IMG/VR virus record: IMGVR_UViG_3300045988_149942
Source: a virus
DNA length: 63,212 nucleotides
Reading direction: 5' to 3' (one strand)
Under the pieces are notes generated by a model. The model was given only the letters and a program-made list of their open reading frames with translations, was not told the origin of the DNA and ran no database searches. The translations under genes and the position numbers were made by a program. Shown piece by piece: positions 9,262-18,239 of the stretch. Position 1 is the first letter of the stretch. Every line of letters starts with the position of its first letter.

Positions 9262-9401
9262 ACAGAAATGCGGCATTTGCAGTAGCATGTCTGGCGGTAT
9301 CACTGGCTGTCGCCGCGGCATGCTTCGCGTCCGGGACTGGCTGGCCTATCTTGGCCTTGCTGTTCCTTCGGATCAGTTCAGACGAAAAAGAAGAGGAGTG
9401 A
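9258..9401 (+). CDS. small membrane protein (47 aa)
   Basis: Manually read ORF MNRNAAFAVACLAVSLAVAAACFASGTGWPILALLFLRISSDEKEEE; ATGA overlap with the upstream stop. Confidence 0.35.
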   Translation: MNRNAAFAVACLAVSLAVAAACFASGTGWPILALLFLRISSDEKEEE

Positions 9402-9473
9402 CCGGGCAGAATCGGCACTCCTCTCTTCCTTGCGGAACATTGCTAATCAAAACAACTTACGCAAAGATACGAT

Positions 9474-9512
9474 AAAAAGAGCGAACCTCCAAAACTGGAA
9501 GTTCGCTTTCGC
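9474..9512. terminator. Bidirectional hairpin terminator between convergent blocks
   Basis: AGCGAAC...GTTCGCT stem flanked by an A-run and a T-rich tail. Confidence 0.5.
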
Positions 9513-9604
9513 TTTCACTGCTTAACCATATTTCGAGTTCCGGGTAAATAAATACGAACCGAAAAGTACGTTTAATGTGCTTGGAGGAGGTGAAAGCGAT
9601 GTTT

Positions 9605-9976
9605 TTAGAACGGCAGGTCGTCTACCTTGTCCTTGGCGGGTGCCGGAGCAGGCTCTTCCTTCCTTGCCGGAACGTAGGGATCGTCTTTGGCGGGCGAGGT
9701 ACCTCCTCCTTCGATGGTGTACTTGTAGCCGCGTACCTGCGTGTAGTAGCGGTCGTTGTACTCTCGGGATTCGAGCGTAAAGTCTACGGCGACGATCATG
9801 CCTTCGCACAACTTCACCTCTACGACATCCGCCTTGTCGCCCCAGAACTCGATGTAGACATCCTTGGGGTATTCTCCCTCCGTCTGGAGTACGATTCCGA
9901 TTTTCTTCCATGTCCCGCGTGCCGACTCTCCGGTAACGGGTTCGCACATCTTCGTGATGACTCCTTTGATTTGCAT
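9605..9976 (-). CDS. ssb: single-stranded DNA-binding protein
   Basis: OB-fold-like N-terminus, Pro/Ala linker, acidic C-terminal tip DDLPF. Confidence 0.85.
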   Translation of the reverse strand: MQIKGVITKMCEPVTGESARGTWKKIGIVLQTEGEYPKDVYIEFWGDKADVVEVKLCEGMIVAVDFTLESREYNDRYYTQVRGYKYTIEGGGTSPAKDDPYVPARKEEPAPAPAKDKVDDLPF

Positions 9977-9977
9977 A

Positions 9978-10586
9978 CTATTCTTCTGGTTTTGTTATAA
10001 ATTGGGTTTTGTGGTCGTATTTTTCAGGCGCATCCAGCTTCCATCGACAACGGTTGCAGTCGTCTTGGAAATCCTCCTCGAATATCGCCTTGTATCGGCA
10101 TGTCTGGCACTGCTCAGCCAGATAGCGTTGCGGGAGAAGAGATGCAGTGCGCATGGACTCCTGCTTGCCGATCAGGTCTTGGAACTTTTCGAGGAAACGG
10201 TTGCCGTCGGTCTCTTTCAGCGCCAGCCTTGCGATCTTTTTCTTGGCGGCAAGGATGAACTCCTCGGAGTAGGTTCCGTCTTCGTTTATCACCGACACTC
10301 CAACGTCGTCATCTTCGCTCTCTCCGGTGTTTATGAAAGCGTTGATGTCTCGGTACCTCTCGGTAAGATAAACCTCCGCATCGGCCGATTCCAAGAGCGA
10401 CTTAGCGGCGGTCCTGACCGTTGCGTATGACTTGTCACGCATGTCGAACACCATCTTATAGATGTCGGTGAACGTCATATTTGTGAACAAGTACAACTCA
10501 AGCGCCCGTAGCTCGGGTTCCGCGAGGCTTGACTCCGGCCGCTTCTTCGGCTTAGGGAGCATGTCGTATATACGAGGTGTTGCCAT
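9978..10586 (-). CDS. hypothetical protein with C-terminal Cys cluster
   Basis: 202-aa ORF; CQTC...CNRC. Confidence 0.6.
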   Translation of the reverse strand: MATPRIYDMLPKPKKRPESSLAEPELRALELYLFTNMTFTDIYKMVFDMRDKSYATVRTAAKSLLESADAEVYLTERYRDINAFINTGESEDDDVGVSVINEDGTYSEEFILAAKKKIARLALKETDGNRFLEKFQDLIGKQESMRTASLLPQRYLAEQCQTCRYKAIFEEDFQDDCNRCRWKLDAPEKYDHKTQFITKPEE

Positions 10587-11218
10587 TATCCTTCTTCTTC
10601 AATGGGCGTATCGAGAGTAAAATTCGCTTGGCCGCAGGGACAAAGAGGCATGCCTACCTGAGCCCACTTCTTCGTCAGACGGATCGTGTACCCGCACTCA
10701 GGACATACTGCTTTCAGCATGCGGGTTCCGTCCTTTTTAGACGGAGCAAACAGCTTCATGCCCGACAGCGCGGTATGCGGAAAGGGCCCGAGCTTCTCGT
10801 CAACGAGGAACGTGAACTCTTCGACCAAAGCGTCGCTGGCAGTAGTAGACTCCATCTTGCCTTCCAGCCCTACGGCCAAAGCGACTCGTTTGAAATCCTT
10901 ACCGTGGCCGTGAATACCTACGGCATGCACCAGCTCGTGTACGAGTACCGAAAGGATGCCGTCAGCACCGTTTACGTTGGCGATGGTGGGGTTGATGAAG
11001 ATTTGAACTGGCTTCTCCGAGTCGGATTCCGTCCAGCACTGTCCGAGAACCCTACGCTTCGCCATGCCACCCTTGTCTGGGAAACCGATGGAAACCTTGA
11101 GATTCTCCGGTATGGTGCGGCCGCTGGTCTTGCATGCCTGCTGAAATGTCGGTCGAAAATGATCGACAGCCGCTTCAAGCCACTCTTCTCGGGTGGCGAA
11201 TTTAAACTCTTCTGCCAT
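10586..11218 (-). CDS. SprT-like zinc metalloprotease with zinc ribbon
   Basis: HELVHAVGIHGH (HExxH) plus CPECG...CPCG; ORF 10586..11704 trimmed to ATG 11218 because the extension runs through a tRNA-like gene. Confidence 0.75.
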   Translation of the reverse strand: MAEEFKFATREEWLEAAVDHFRPTFQQACKTSGRTIPENLKVSIGFPDKGGMAKRRVLGQCWTESDSEKPVQIFINPTIANVNGADGILSVLVHELVHAVGIHGHGKDFKRVALAVGLEGKMESTTASDALVEEFTFLVDEKLGPFPHTALSGMKLFAPSKKDGTRMLKAVCPECGYTIRLTKKWAQVGMPLCPCGQANFTLDTPIEEEG

Positions 11219-11233
11219 AGTTGTAAGTTGTTT

Positions 11234-11306
11234 GGGGTGTAGCTTGGAGTCGAACCAAGCCCCGGATTTATAGTCCGGCCGAGGGAAACGGGAAACCCTT
11301 ACACCC
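11234..11306 (-). tRNA. tRNA-like gene with non-canonical D region; anticodon loop CUAUAAA (nominal anticodon AUA)
   Basis: 7-bp acceptor GGGTGTA/TACACCC, perfect T arm CTTGG-TTCGACT-CCAAG, 5-bp anticodon stem CCGGA/TCCGG; D loop lacks GG and arm spacing is irregular. Confidence 0.5.
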
Positions 11307-11312
11307 TTTGTA

Positions 11313-11750
11313 TTAGTTGCCGAGTGAATCGGCGGGAAATTCCCCGACAGGCTCGGGTTTGGCCTTGTATATGGGATTGGCGGCGTTCGTGAATCTTTTG
11401 TCAACGTAAATAGCGATTCCCGTGTTGGCCTCCCGGACGTAACCTTTGACGAGGATGTCATAAGCAGTTCCCTGCTGGACCTTGATGTCGAAGGTTTGAA
11501 GAAGCTGGCGTTCGAGACTGGCTTCGATAAGTGCCTGATCGACCGGAGAGACGTTGCGCGAGGCGACAATCTTGATCGAGTCAGTGTTGCAGACGAAAGC
11601 CTTGAACTCGGCGGAGATCGGAGTAGACTGGTTTGCGACCAGTCCTTCGACGTCGAGTTGATATTTGATGTCCGGCTTCTTATCGTTGCAGGACACGCCT
11701 GCAATGAGGACGGCGCACAACAGCGCCATCAGTGCGAAAATTTTCTTCAT
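11313..11750 (-). CDS. secreted lipoprotein (putative)
   Basis: MKKIFALMALLCAVLIAGVSC signal peptide with Cys; ORF 11313..11864 trimmed to ATG 11750. Confidence 0.65.
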   Translation of the reverse strand: MKKIFALMALLCAVLIAGVSCNDKKPDIKYQLDVEGLVANQSTPISAEFKAFVCNTDSIKIVASRNVSPVDQALIEASLERQLLQTFDIKVQQGTAYDILVKGYVREANTGIAIYVDKRFTNAANPIYKAKPEPVGEFPADSLGN

Positions 11751-11779
11751 GTCAAAAAACGTTTTGTGGTGGTGATAAG

Positions 11780-11862
11780 TGGTGGAGAAGATAGGAGTCG
11801 AACCTACTTTGGGGACGCCGAAATCTGATTTGTTTTTCCCGTACACCGTGTACACCTTCTCC
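11780..11862 (-). tRNA. tRNA-like gene with encoded CCA and irregular, expanded anticodon arm
   Basis: Acceptor GGAGAAG/CTTCTCC, D arm GTAC-ACGGT-GTAC, T arm GTAGG-TTCGACT-CCTAT, 3' ACCA; no 5-bp/7-nt anticodon arm can be drawn (best is GAAA/TTTC with an 11-nt loop). Confidence 0.5.
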
Positions 11863-11931
11863 AAACCCCTCTTTCGAGGGGAAGCTAAAAATATGAGCGA
11901 AAATTAAAGCCACCATCTCACGACGTACTTG

Positions 11932-12003
11932 TTGCGGAGGCTGGACTCGCACCAGCGATCTCTTGGTTATGGGCCAAGCGAGATACTCCTTCTCCACCCC
12001 GCA
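11932..12003 (-). tRNA. tRNA with CAT anticodon (Met, or Ile2 if lysidinylated)
   Basis: Cloverleaf drawn by hand: acceptor TGCGGGG/CTCCGCA, D arm GAGA/TCTC, anticodon arm CTTGG-CCCATAA-CCAAG, T arm GCTGG-TGCGAGT-CCAGC (G at position 55 is unusual). Confidence 0.75.
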
Positions 12004-12236
12004 TGTGACCCCGTATCGTGGGGTCAGGCGGCCAACGTACCGATGACGCGTAATCGTTTCAAACAAAAATCCTTCTAATTGCCACACATGGATTTGCGGC
12101 GGCTCCGGGGCATCGACCCGGAAGACTCCTTGTGGCATGCTTAGTTAAACGAAACACCAGAAGCGGTTCAAGAATGAGGAAGGAGCGCATGCCGAGTGCC
12201 ACCATATCAAAGAACGTTTATACGTTATTACAAGTG

Positions 12237-12244
12237 CAAAGTTA
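12237..12244 (-). promoter_or_regulatory. -7 promoter box TAACTTTG(CA) on minus strand, upstream of the tRNA cluster
   Basis: Reverse complement of CAAAGTTA; same extended motif as at 19767. Confidence 0.5.
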
Positions 12245-12255
12245 AACATTTGTTT

Positions 12256-12723
12256 TTAAATAAACAAACTTTTATCCCACAAAATTTGCTGTGTTTTTGC
12301 TTTCTTGCAGTACTCCAGAACTTTAACCGGGTCGATTCCTCCCACTCCTCCGTCTATGATGTTGAGAAAATCGTCTAAATCATCGCAAAAGTAGCCCCAT
12401 TTGGGAACCCGTATAAGCCACTCGGCCTGCTCAATTAGGTGTGCTACTTTATGCCGGGTACCGGGGCATTTCACCTCTATACCGATCAGGCTCCCTTCGT
12501 CGCAGTAGATCAGGTCTGACACGCCTCTTACGAGACCCATAGAGAGCTTCATTGAGCCCTCCACCCCACTGCTAACCTCTTGGAAGGTAGCGAATAGATG
12601 GCCGTGTCTGTGGGGCCAAATCTCGGCGAATTTCATCACCATCCGTGCTTGAAGTTTTGCCTCCTCGTGAGCGATTCCACGCTCCTTCGGTCGAGGCTGT
12701 ACGATAATCTGTGTCTTTGCCAT
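12256..12723 (-). CDS. VRR-NUC-type nuclease
   Basis: GVSDLIYCDEGSLIGIEVKCPG fits the PD-(D/E)xK / VRR-NUC D...E-x-K core; ORF trimmed to ATG 12723 (TAATG overlap with helicase stop). Confidence 0.65.
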   Translation of the reverse strand: MAKTQIIVQPRPKERGIAHEEAKLQARMVMKFAEIWPHRHGHLFATFQEVSSGVEGSMKLSMGLVRGVSDLIYCDEGSLIGIEVKCPGTRHKVAHLIEQAEWLIRVPKWGYFCDDLDDFLNIIDGGVGGIDPVKVLEYCKKAKTQQILWDKSLFI

Positions 12724-14291
12724 TATAATCCGAGTTCGTTTTGTTCTGATACCAGCTTTTTCTTTCTGGCCTTGTTTTTCAAAATATTCTTTGAGAAGTA
12801 ATCCCAGTAGTATGGGCTCACCTTCTTCCCCTCCTTCGTTCTTAGGACCTTTATGACCCGCATAAACGTGGCTTTCTCGTGCGGCGCGTTCTTGATACAT
12901 ACGGTGGCTAAAACTCGTGGGACAGACCACCCGTCTTCGAGTACCTTCTTGGCGCACCACGCTTCGAGATTATCCTGATCCTCGGCCTTGTCTATCAGTT
13001 CCGTGAGTTCTATTTCGTATATCTTATCGAGCTTCGGGAATACATAGCCGCAGTAGGGGCACTTTTGGGCCGTTTGGGGTACCAGTCGGCCGCATCCGAG
13101 CTTCTTTCCGTCTTTCCCGAGAGGGCATAGCTTGGTCGGCATGACGCCTCCCTTTGTTTTATCGTGCCATAGTCCCATCGGAGGGTCCTCCCGCTCGTAC
13201 TTGCCGTGCGTCTTCACGTTGTCGCCGAAGTCGAGCACGTTGAAGTACGACTTACCCGGATATGGCCGGGAGCCGCGACCTACCATCTGCGAGTAGTGCG
13301 TGTAAGACTTCGTTGCGAGGTCCAGCACCACTGTCTGTATCGAAGGCTCGTCATACCCGGTGTCGAGTATGCCGACGTTGACTAAGACGGAGAAAAGGCC
13401 GTTGTGGAAGTCGCGCAGAATGTCTTCTCGCTTCCCGGAAAACTGCGCGTCGGTCTCCGGCTTTCGGACCGACAAAAGGTATTTTGCCTTGATTCCATGC
13501 TCGCAGAATGCTCGTGTAAGGTCTACACAGTGATCGGAACCCGTGGTGAAGACGATGGTTTTGGTGCCCGGCGCGATCTTCTTCCAGTTGGTGATGACGC
13601 CCGCGTATCGTTCCTTGCGCGTGAATCGCATCTGGAGTGCTCGCGGATCGTAGTCTCCGTTGGCCGCTACGACCGGAAGGTCTTCAAGGACCGGGGCCTG
13701 ATACACGAAGTTTCGGGAACCTACCAAGAAATTCATCTCGATTAACTCCGGCGTAGAGATGCCTTTGACAATACAATCGTAGTATTCTCCGAGTTGCTTC
13801 ACCTTGTTCCCGTTCCGGCAGATACTTGCTGAAAGGCCAAGCACATGGGCATCTTCGTTGATGTAGTCCATCACCTTATCATGCTCGCCTCGGTGCGCTT
13901 CGTCCACGATAATCATGTTGAAGTGTTGGAGCCACTCCACCCACTCTTTGTGGTTTTTGATACGCACGGAGATCGTTTGCGACATCCCTATGGCGACCTG
14001 AGCCTCGGGTATGTTGCGCGTCTCGGCGTTGACTACGGCCGACGTGAGCCCCAAGCGTTGCATCTTGTCGAAGTTCTGCTTGAGGATTTCGTCTCGGTGG
14101 CTTAGGATCAGCACATCGTTTCCCTTCGCCGCGGCTCCCACGGCGATCATGGATATGATGACGCTTTTTCCTGATCCCTGCGGCATGTAACCGCATATTC
14201 TGGTGAATGCGGGAGTATCGTTCTCCCGCATCGCATCCTTCACGCCGTCAACGAAATCTATTTGGTAGTTTCGGGGAGTGAGCGTAGCCAT
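12723..14291 (-). CDS. SF2 DEAD/DEAH-box helicase with C-terminal zinc ribbon
   Basis: PQGSGKS Walker A, IIVDEAH motif II, CPL...C...CPYCG. Confidence 0.85.
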   Translation of the reverse strand: MATLTPRNYQIDFVDGVKDAMRENDTPAFTRICGYMPQGSGKSVIISMIAVGAAAKGNDVLILSHRDEILKQNFDKMQRLGLTSAVVNAETRNIPEAQVAIGMSQTISVRIKNHKEWVEWLQHFNMIIVDEAHRGEHDKVMDYINEDAHVLGLSASICRNGNKVKQLGEYYDCIVKGISTPELIEMNFLVGSRNFVYQAPVLEDLPVVAANGDYDPRALQMRFTRKERYAGVITNWKKIAPGTKTIVFTTGSDHCVDLTRAFCEHGIKAKYLLSVRKPETDAQFSGKREDILRDFHNGLFSVLVNVGILDTGYDEPSIQTVVLDLATKSYTHYSQMVGRGSRPYPGKSYFNVLDFGDNVKTHGKYEREDPPMGLWHDKTKGGVMPTKLCPLGKDGKKLGCGRLVPQTAQKCPYCGYVFPKLDKIYEIELTELIDKAEDQDNLEAWCAKKVLEDGWSVPRVLATVCIKNAPHEKATFMRVIKVLRTKEGKKVSPYYWDYFSKNILKNKARKKKLVSEQNELGL

Positions 14292-14587
14292 ATATGTAGA
14301 AATCTCATACTGTCGATCCGGCCGCCGAGGTTCTTGTACCAGCGTTTTAGGTACACGAGAATATCTACGGGGCCTTTCTTTCCGTAAATGCGTTGCACTT
14401 CGATGTTGAACTCAGGTGACAGAACGTGTATCTCCTGCTTTCTGACCACGGACATGATGACTCCATCGGTAAATTCGAGCTCCTTATCTTTACCGGAAGC
14501 AATGAACACGATATTGTCGTCTATGGCCGATACGGGGACCAAAATTTCGTCCTGAGATCGGTGCATTACCTTGAATCTGTATGCCAT
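14258..14587 (-). CDS. hypothetical protein
   Basis: 109-aa ORF. Confidence 0.55.
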   Translation of the reverse strand: MAYRFKVMHRSQDEILVPVSAIDDNIVFIASGKDKELEFTDGVIMSVVRKQEIHVLSPEFNIEVQRIYGKKGPVDILVYLKRWYKNLGGRIDSMRFLHIWLRSLPETTK

Positions 14588-14588
14588 G

Positions 14589-14888
14589 TTATTTGGGTTC
14601 TACTACAAGAAACAGCACCTTGTCGTTTTTGAGCGGCCACTTGAGCTCCATCCGCCTCCGGATGTCTGCGATAGAGTAGCCGTACAGCATCCAAGATATT
14701 GCGTCTGTAACGGGGTTATTGGTTGTGAGTACTGCCTTGCTGATGATTGTGGCGACGTTGCCCTCCTTGTCGGCTACCTCGGTCTCTGATTCTTCGAGCA
14801 ATTTTTGGTTTTTCCACTCTCCGAGCGGGAGGAGCATAGCCAACTTCCGCTTCGGCGATGCCACCAGCAGGTGATCTACTGTTACCAT
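14589..14888 (-). CDS. hypothetical protein
   Basis: ORF 14589..14984 trimmed to ATG 14888. Confidence 0.5.
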   Translation of the reverse strand: MVTVDHLLVASPKRKLAMLLPLGEWKNQKLLEESETEVADKEGNVATIISKAVLTTNNPVTDAISWMLYGYSIADIRRRMELKWPLKNDKVLFLVVEPK

Positions 14889-15490
14889 AATCTTCCTTTT
14901 TTCTGGAGGACCTTCATCTTCTCCGCGGTGACTGCTTCTCCGATCATTCGGCTCAGGTAGTCGAAGCGGGCGGTGTTGCCCCATTCCTTGCGATACAATC
15001 CCATCGTGTTGATGTGTTGCTTCATCTTGTCGATGTAGTTTTCGTGAAAATCCTTCTTATTGTCGAGCCAGTGTGGGTGGTTCTTACCACGCCCTACCTC
15101 TGCGAAAAACTTGTGCGCCGCGCGTGAATCCCGGCGTTCTAAGCCGTGTTTTATCCCCTTGCGGTAGTAGTACTCCATAATGCACAACATCGCGCGAATT
15201 ATGCCCTTTTCTGACGTCGGTGATGACCGGAAGTATAGGGCCAGATTCTCGCAATAGACGATATGCATGGTAGAAATCTGTGCATCTACATGAATACGCC
15301 AGTCACGGCCTATCTTAACCTGCAAAGTGGGCTTTCCGAAGCGACGGATGGTCATGTACCCGTCATCGTCGGCGGCGTATTTCTGCGCCTCAACGCTGTC
15401 AGGCTCCATCGTCGCTTCGTAAACACCCTTTCGGTAATGGTATTCGCACATCGACGCTAATTCCTTAACGGTCTGATACGAAAACTGCAT
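14882..15490 (-). CDS. hypothetical protein
   Basis: 202-aa ORF. Confidence 0.6.
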   Translation of the reverse strand: MQFSYQTVKELASMCEYHYRKGVYEATMEPDSVEAQKYAADDDGYMTIRRFGKPTLQVKIGRDWRIHVDAQISTMHIVYCENLALYFRSSPTSEKGIIRAMLCIMEYYYRKGIKHGLERRDSRAAHKFFAEVGRGKNHPHWLDNKKDFHENYIDKMKQHINTMGLYRKEWGNTARFDYLSRMIGEAVTAEKMKVLQKKGRLW

Positions 15491-15493
15491 ACC

Positions 15494-17206
15494 CTACTTT
15501 TTGAAGAACGCCTCGCCGTTTTCCATCAGCACTTCGCCGTCTTTGACCTGCGAGCGGTCAATATCGTCGGTGCGGCAAGTAATAAGTTGGACGTCGAGGT
15601 CCGTGCAGAGCTTCGAGAGTACGGCCAATCCTTTCTGAGTGAAGGCCACGTCGTCCACGATAGCCAACCGGAGGGCCTTCGGCTTGAGATTCAAGCGAGC
15701 GGCCTGCAACATGACACCGATAGCGCTACGCTGGAATGACGAATACTGGAAGATGTAACGCGATTCACCGTTCGGGTTGAGGAAGAAATCCTTGTCGTAG
15801 CGGCCGTCGTACATGATCCACACCTCGATCTTGTCGGTATCAGTTGCGTTGGGAACGATCTTGAGGCCCTCGACACCCGTGTCGATGCGCTCGTACATCT
15901 TGCGAAGGGTGTTGAGTTCCTTCTCGTACTTGCCCTTTGCCTCGATCCATGCGCACCACTTGGCATAGCGGTCGAAAAGTTCGTTCTCGCGCTCGGCCTT
16001 CTCTTTGGAGGCTTTGAGGTCGGCGATCTTAGCGTCTACAGCCTTGGTGTCGGGCACGGCCTTCTCGGGGAATTTAAGCAGAGCCTCCTCTGCCTTGGTA
16101 GCATCGAGCTCGGCTTTGGTGTTGATGACATCGCCCTCAAACTTGGGAGCCGGGGCTGCCAGTTCAGGCTTAGCGAGCGTGAATTTCGACGTGATGACTT
16201 TGTATCGGGCCTCGATCATCTCTTTGACCTTGGCGAGCTCTTCGGTGTTGTAGAAGAACGTCTCGGCATTAGCCTTGATATTCTCGTAGTAGGCGGCCCA
16301 TTTAGTCTTGCGCTCCTCCTGCTCGTTGTATTTCTTCTCCGCTTCGGCATACTCGTCCTTGAGTCGCTGTTTCTCGTCCTTCTCAGCGGTGACAGCGGCG
16401 TCGTATGCCTTTTCTGCGGCCCGGAGGCGGGTCTGATACTCCTCACGAATTTTGTTGCATTCGAGTTCGTATGCCGCATCCGCCGGACGAAGAATGCGGT
16501 CGCGCTCGATCTCAGCTTCGCGTATGTCTGCCTCGATCTTGTCTACGTCTACTCGGGATAGCTCTTGCAGATGCGCCTCCGAAAGTCCTTCGCGCTCGAA
16601 GTTTTCCATAAAGGCTCCAGCCTTGGAGCACATCACGCGGGCCGCGTCGCGCTCCTGCTTGCAGTCCATGATCCGGGCCACCACCTCGTCGGCGCCGAGC
16701 CCGTCCAGTTCTTCTTTGAAGAGGCTCTCAATCAGCTTCCGGTGAGCCGTCTGGTTCTCCGTGAACAGCGCGGGCATGGAGAAGGTGAGGTCCGTGGTCA
16801 GGAGTTTGACGTACTTGGCGGCCGTAGCCGACTCTCCGTCGATGATGGGGGTGTACATCTCTCCTTCATCGTTCTTTGCGTAGAGGAAGGTCTCCACTAC
16901 GCTGTCGCCCTGCCGCTCTCCCTTCGTCAGTTCCCGCTTCCGGACGCCGACAAAAATCTTGATCTCGCCGTCGGTAAGCTGGGCTTCGGTAAGGAATCCC
17001 GGCGCGAGGGCATCCTTCTTGGCTACGGCATTCATGCCGCCGATGGCCGTCTTGAGCGATTCAACCAGCGTAGTCTTGCCGTTTCCGGACTCTCCTACGA
17101 TCTGAATGAGCCGCTTGCTCATAATATCGGGCGTGAGCTCGACCGCCTTGATGACGTTATTGTCAAGCACCTTGAGCCCGATCAGTTTTACTTGCTTCTG
17201 TTCCAT
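15494..17206 (-). CDS. AAA/SMC-like ATPase with long coiled coil (recombination/repair type)
   Basis: GESGNGKTT Walker A, central E/K/A-rich coiled coil, C-terminal LAIVDD Walker-B-like motif. Confidence 0.75.
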   Translation of the reverse strand: MEQKQVKLIGLKVLDNNVIKAVELTPDIMSKRLIQIVGESGNGKTTLVESLKTAIGGMNAVAKKDALAPGFLTEAQLTDGEIKIFVGVRKRELTKGERQGDSVVETFLYAKNDEGEMYTPIIDGESATAAKYVKLLTTDLTFSMPALFTENQTAHRKLIESLFKEELDGLGADEVVARIMDCKQERDAARVMCSKAGAFMENFEREGLSEAHLQELSRVDVDKIEADIREAEIERDRILRPADAAYELECNKIREEYQTRLRAAEKAYDAAVTAEKDEKQRLKDEYAEAEKKYNEQEERKTKWAAYYENIKANAETFFYNTEELAKVKEMIEARYKVITSKFTLAKPELAAPAPKFEGDVINTKAELDATKAEEALLKFPEKAVPDTKAVDAKIADLKASKEKAERENELFDRYAKWCAWIEAKGKYEKELNTLRKMYERIDTGVEGLKIVPNATDTDKIEVWIMYDGRYDKDFFLNPNGESRYIFQYSSFQRSAIGVMLQAARLNLKPKALRLAIVDDVAFTQKGLAVLSKLCTDLDVQLITCRTDDIDRSQVKDGEVLMENGEAFFKK

Positions 17207-17230
17207 GTTGTTTTGATTTATTAAAAATTT

Positions 17231-17494
17231 TTACTTTCTGCAACCTATTGTTCCCTCGTTGCAACATCCGCCGTAGCAATCGTCCGCCATTTTCGGACAC
17301 TTGTAGCAGGGACCGTTGACGAACTCGATCTGGTTTCTGAACATCTGGTAAAATCGCACTAAGTATGCCTTGGTGGGCTTTCCGTAGATGATCGTTTCAA
17401 GTTCTTCGGTGTTGTCGGCCAGCCGCTCCGCTTCTTTGTAGGCAACCTTGAGTCGCTTAAACAAAGAGTCTTTTTCGCTTCTTGTAGTATTCAT
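17231..17494 (-). CDS. hypothetical Cys-rich protein
   Basis: 87-aa ORF; CYKC...C..GCC. Confidence 0.55.
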   Translation of the reverse strand: MNTTRSEKDSLFKRLKVAYKEAERLADNTEELETIIYGKPTKAYLVRFYQMFRNQIEFVNGPCYKCPKMADDCYGGCCNEGTIGCRK

Positions 17495-18239
17495 TGATTT
17501 GGCTTGGATCGTTACCTTCGTTGAGGAAGTTGTTTGCGAATTTCAATCGAGTCGTAGCCCGGTCGATAGCCGCCCCCGCCTCGTTGCGTTTAAACGTAAA
17601 TAACACACCTCGCGTGGGGTCCGTGACCGGGCGAAGGTCGGTGGGGTTGTCGTCGTCTACTCCATCGTACTTGAGGAGATGGACTGTCTCAAGCCACGGC
17701 CAGCCGACGAATTGTCCAATAATCTGCCACTTGTGCTCTTCCCACACTCGCATGCGCTTCTTGTCGTAGGGGAATGTGGGAGAGAAAATAAGGCTCTTCT
17801 CTTCGTTTCCGACAGCCGACTTTATTTCTATGACGGCTTGGATTTTATCTCCCACGAAAACGTCTGCGTCTGGAGAGAATCCGTAGCCGAAGTCAGTCTT
17901 GTAGAACAGCTTATCGTCAAAGTCTTGGTCGTAGTGCCGGACATTCGGGCAATAGTTCTCTCGAAGCCACTCAACCGCTCTCGGTTCGTTTTCTCGGCCC
18001 ATTTTAAAGTTTCGATTCGCAGGAGCCGAGATAAACGTCCCAGTTCGTCTTTGATACTGAATTTCGTAGAGGTACTTGATGTTCGCTTCCGTCCATGTGT
18101 CCGTTTTCGACATGAGTCTCTCCAGTTCGGACGCCGAAAAAAATCCGGTCTTCTCCTGCATCCACTGGAGCTCCTTGTCGATCTCTTGTGGCTGTTCATC
18201 GACATGGTTGATAAGCTCGTCTAAGTCAAGCTGGCCCAT
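17457..18239 (-). CDS. YqaJ/lambda-exonuclease-like PD-(D/E)xK nuclease
   Basis: GFSPDADVF...AVIEIKS matches the D...ExK core; neighbours the ATPase in a recombination-type module. Confidence 0.65.
   Translation of the reverse strand: MGQLDLDELINHVDEQPQEIDKELQWMQEKTGFFSASELERLMSKTDTWTEANIKYLYEIQYQRRTGTFISAPANRNFKMGRENEPRAVEWLRENYCPNVRHYDQDFDDKLFYKTDFGYGFSPDADVFVGDKIQAVIEIKSAVGNEEKSLIFSPTFPYDKKRMRVWEEHKWQIIGQFVGWPWLETVHLLKYDGVDDDNPTDLRPVTDPTRGVLFTFKRNEAGAAIDRATTRLKFANNFLNEGNDPSQINEYYKKRKRLFV

Noticed and set aside
12081-12136. Possible extra tRNA (GCCACA...TGTGGC stem with a GGGTCGATGCCC T-arm-like hairpin)
   Set aside because: The closed element is only 56 nt. The alternative with acceptor GGTGGC/GCCGCC is 107 nt and has no recognisable D or anticodon arms. 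The loop lacks the T-Psi-C consensus.
10586-12138. Long N-terminal extension of ORF 10586..11704, and ORFs 11313..11864 (upstream part) and 11752..12138
   Set aside because: They run straight through tRNA or tRNA-like genes and consist of S/R/P/T low complexity. Internal ATGs give sensible SprT and lipoprotein genes.
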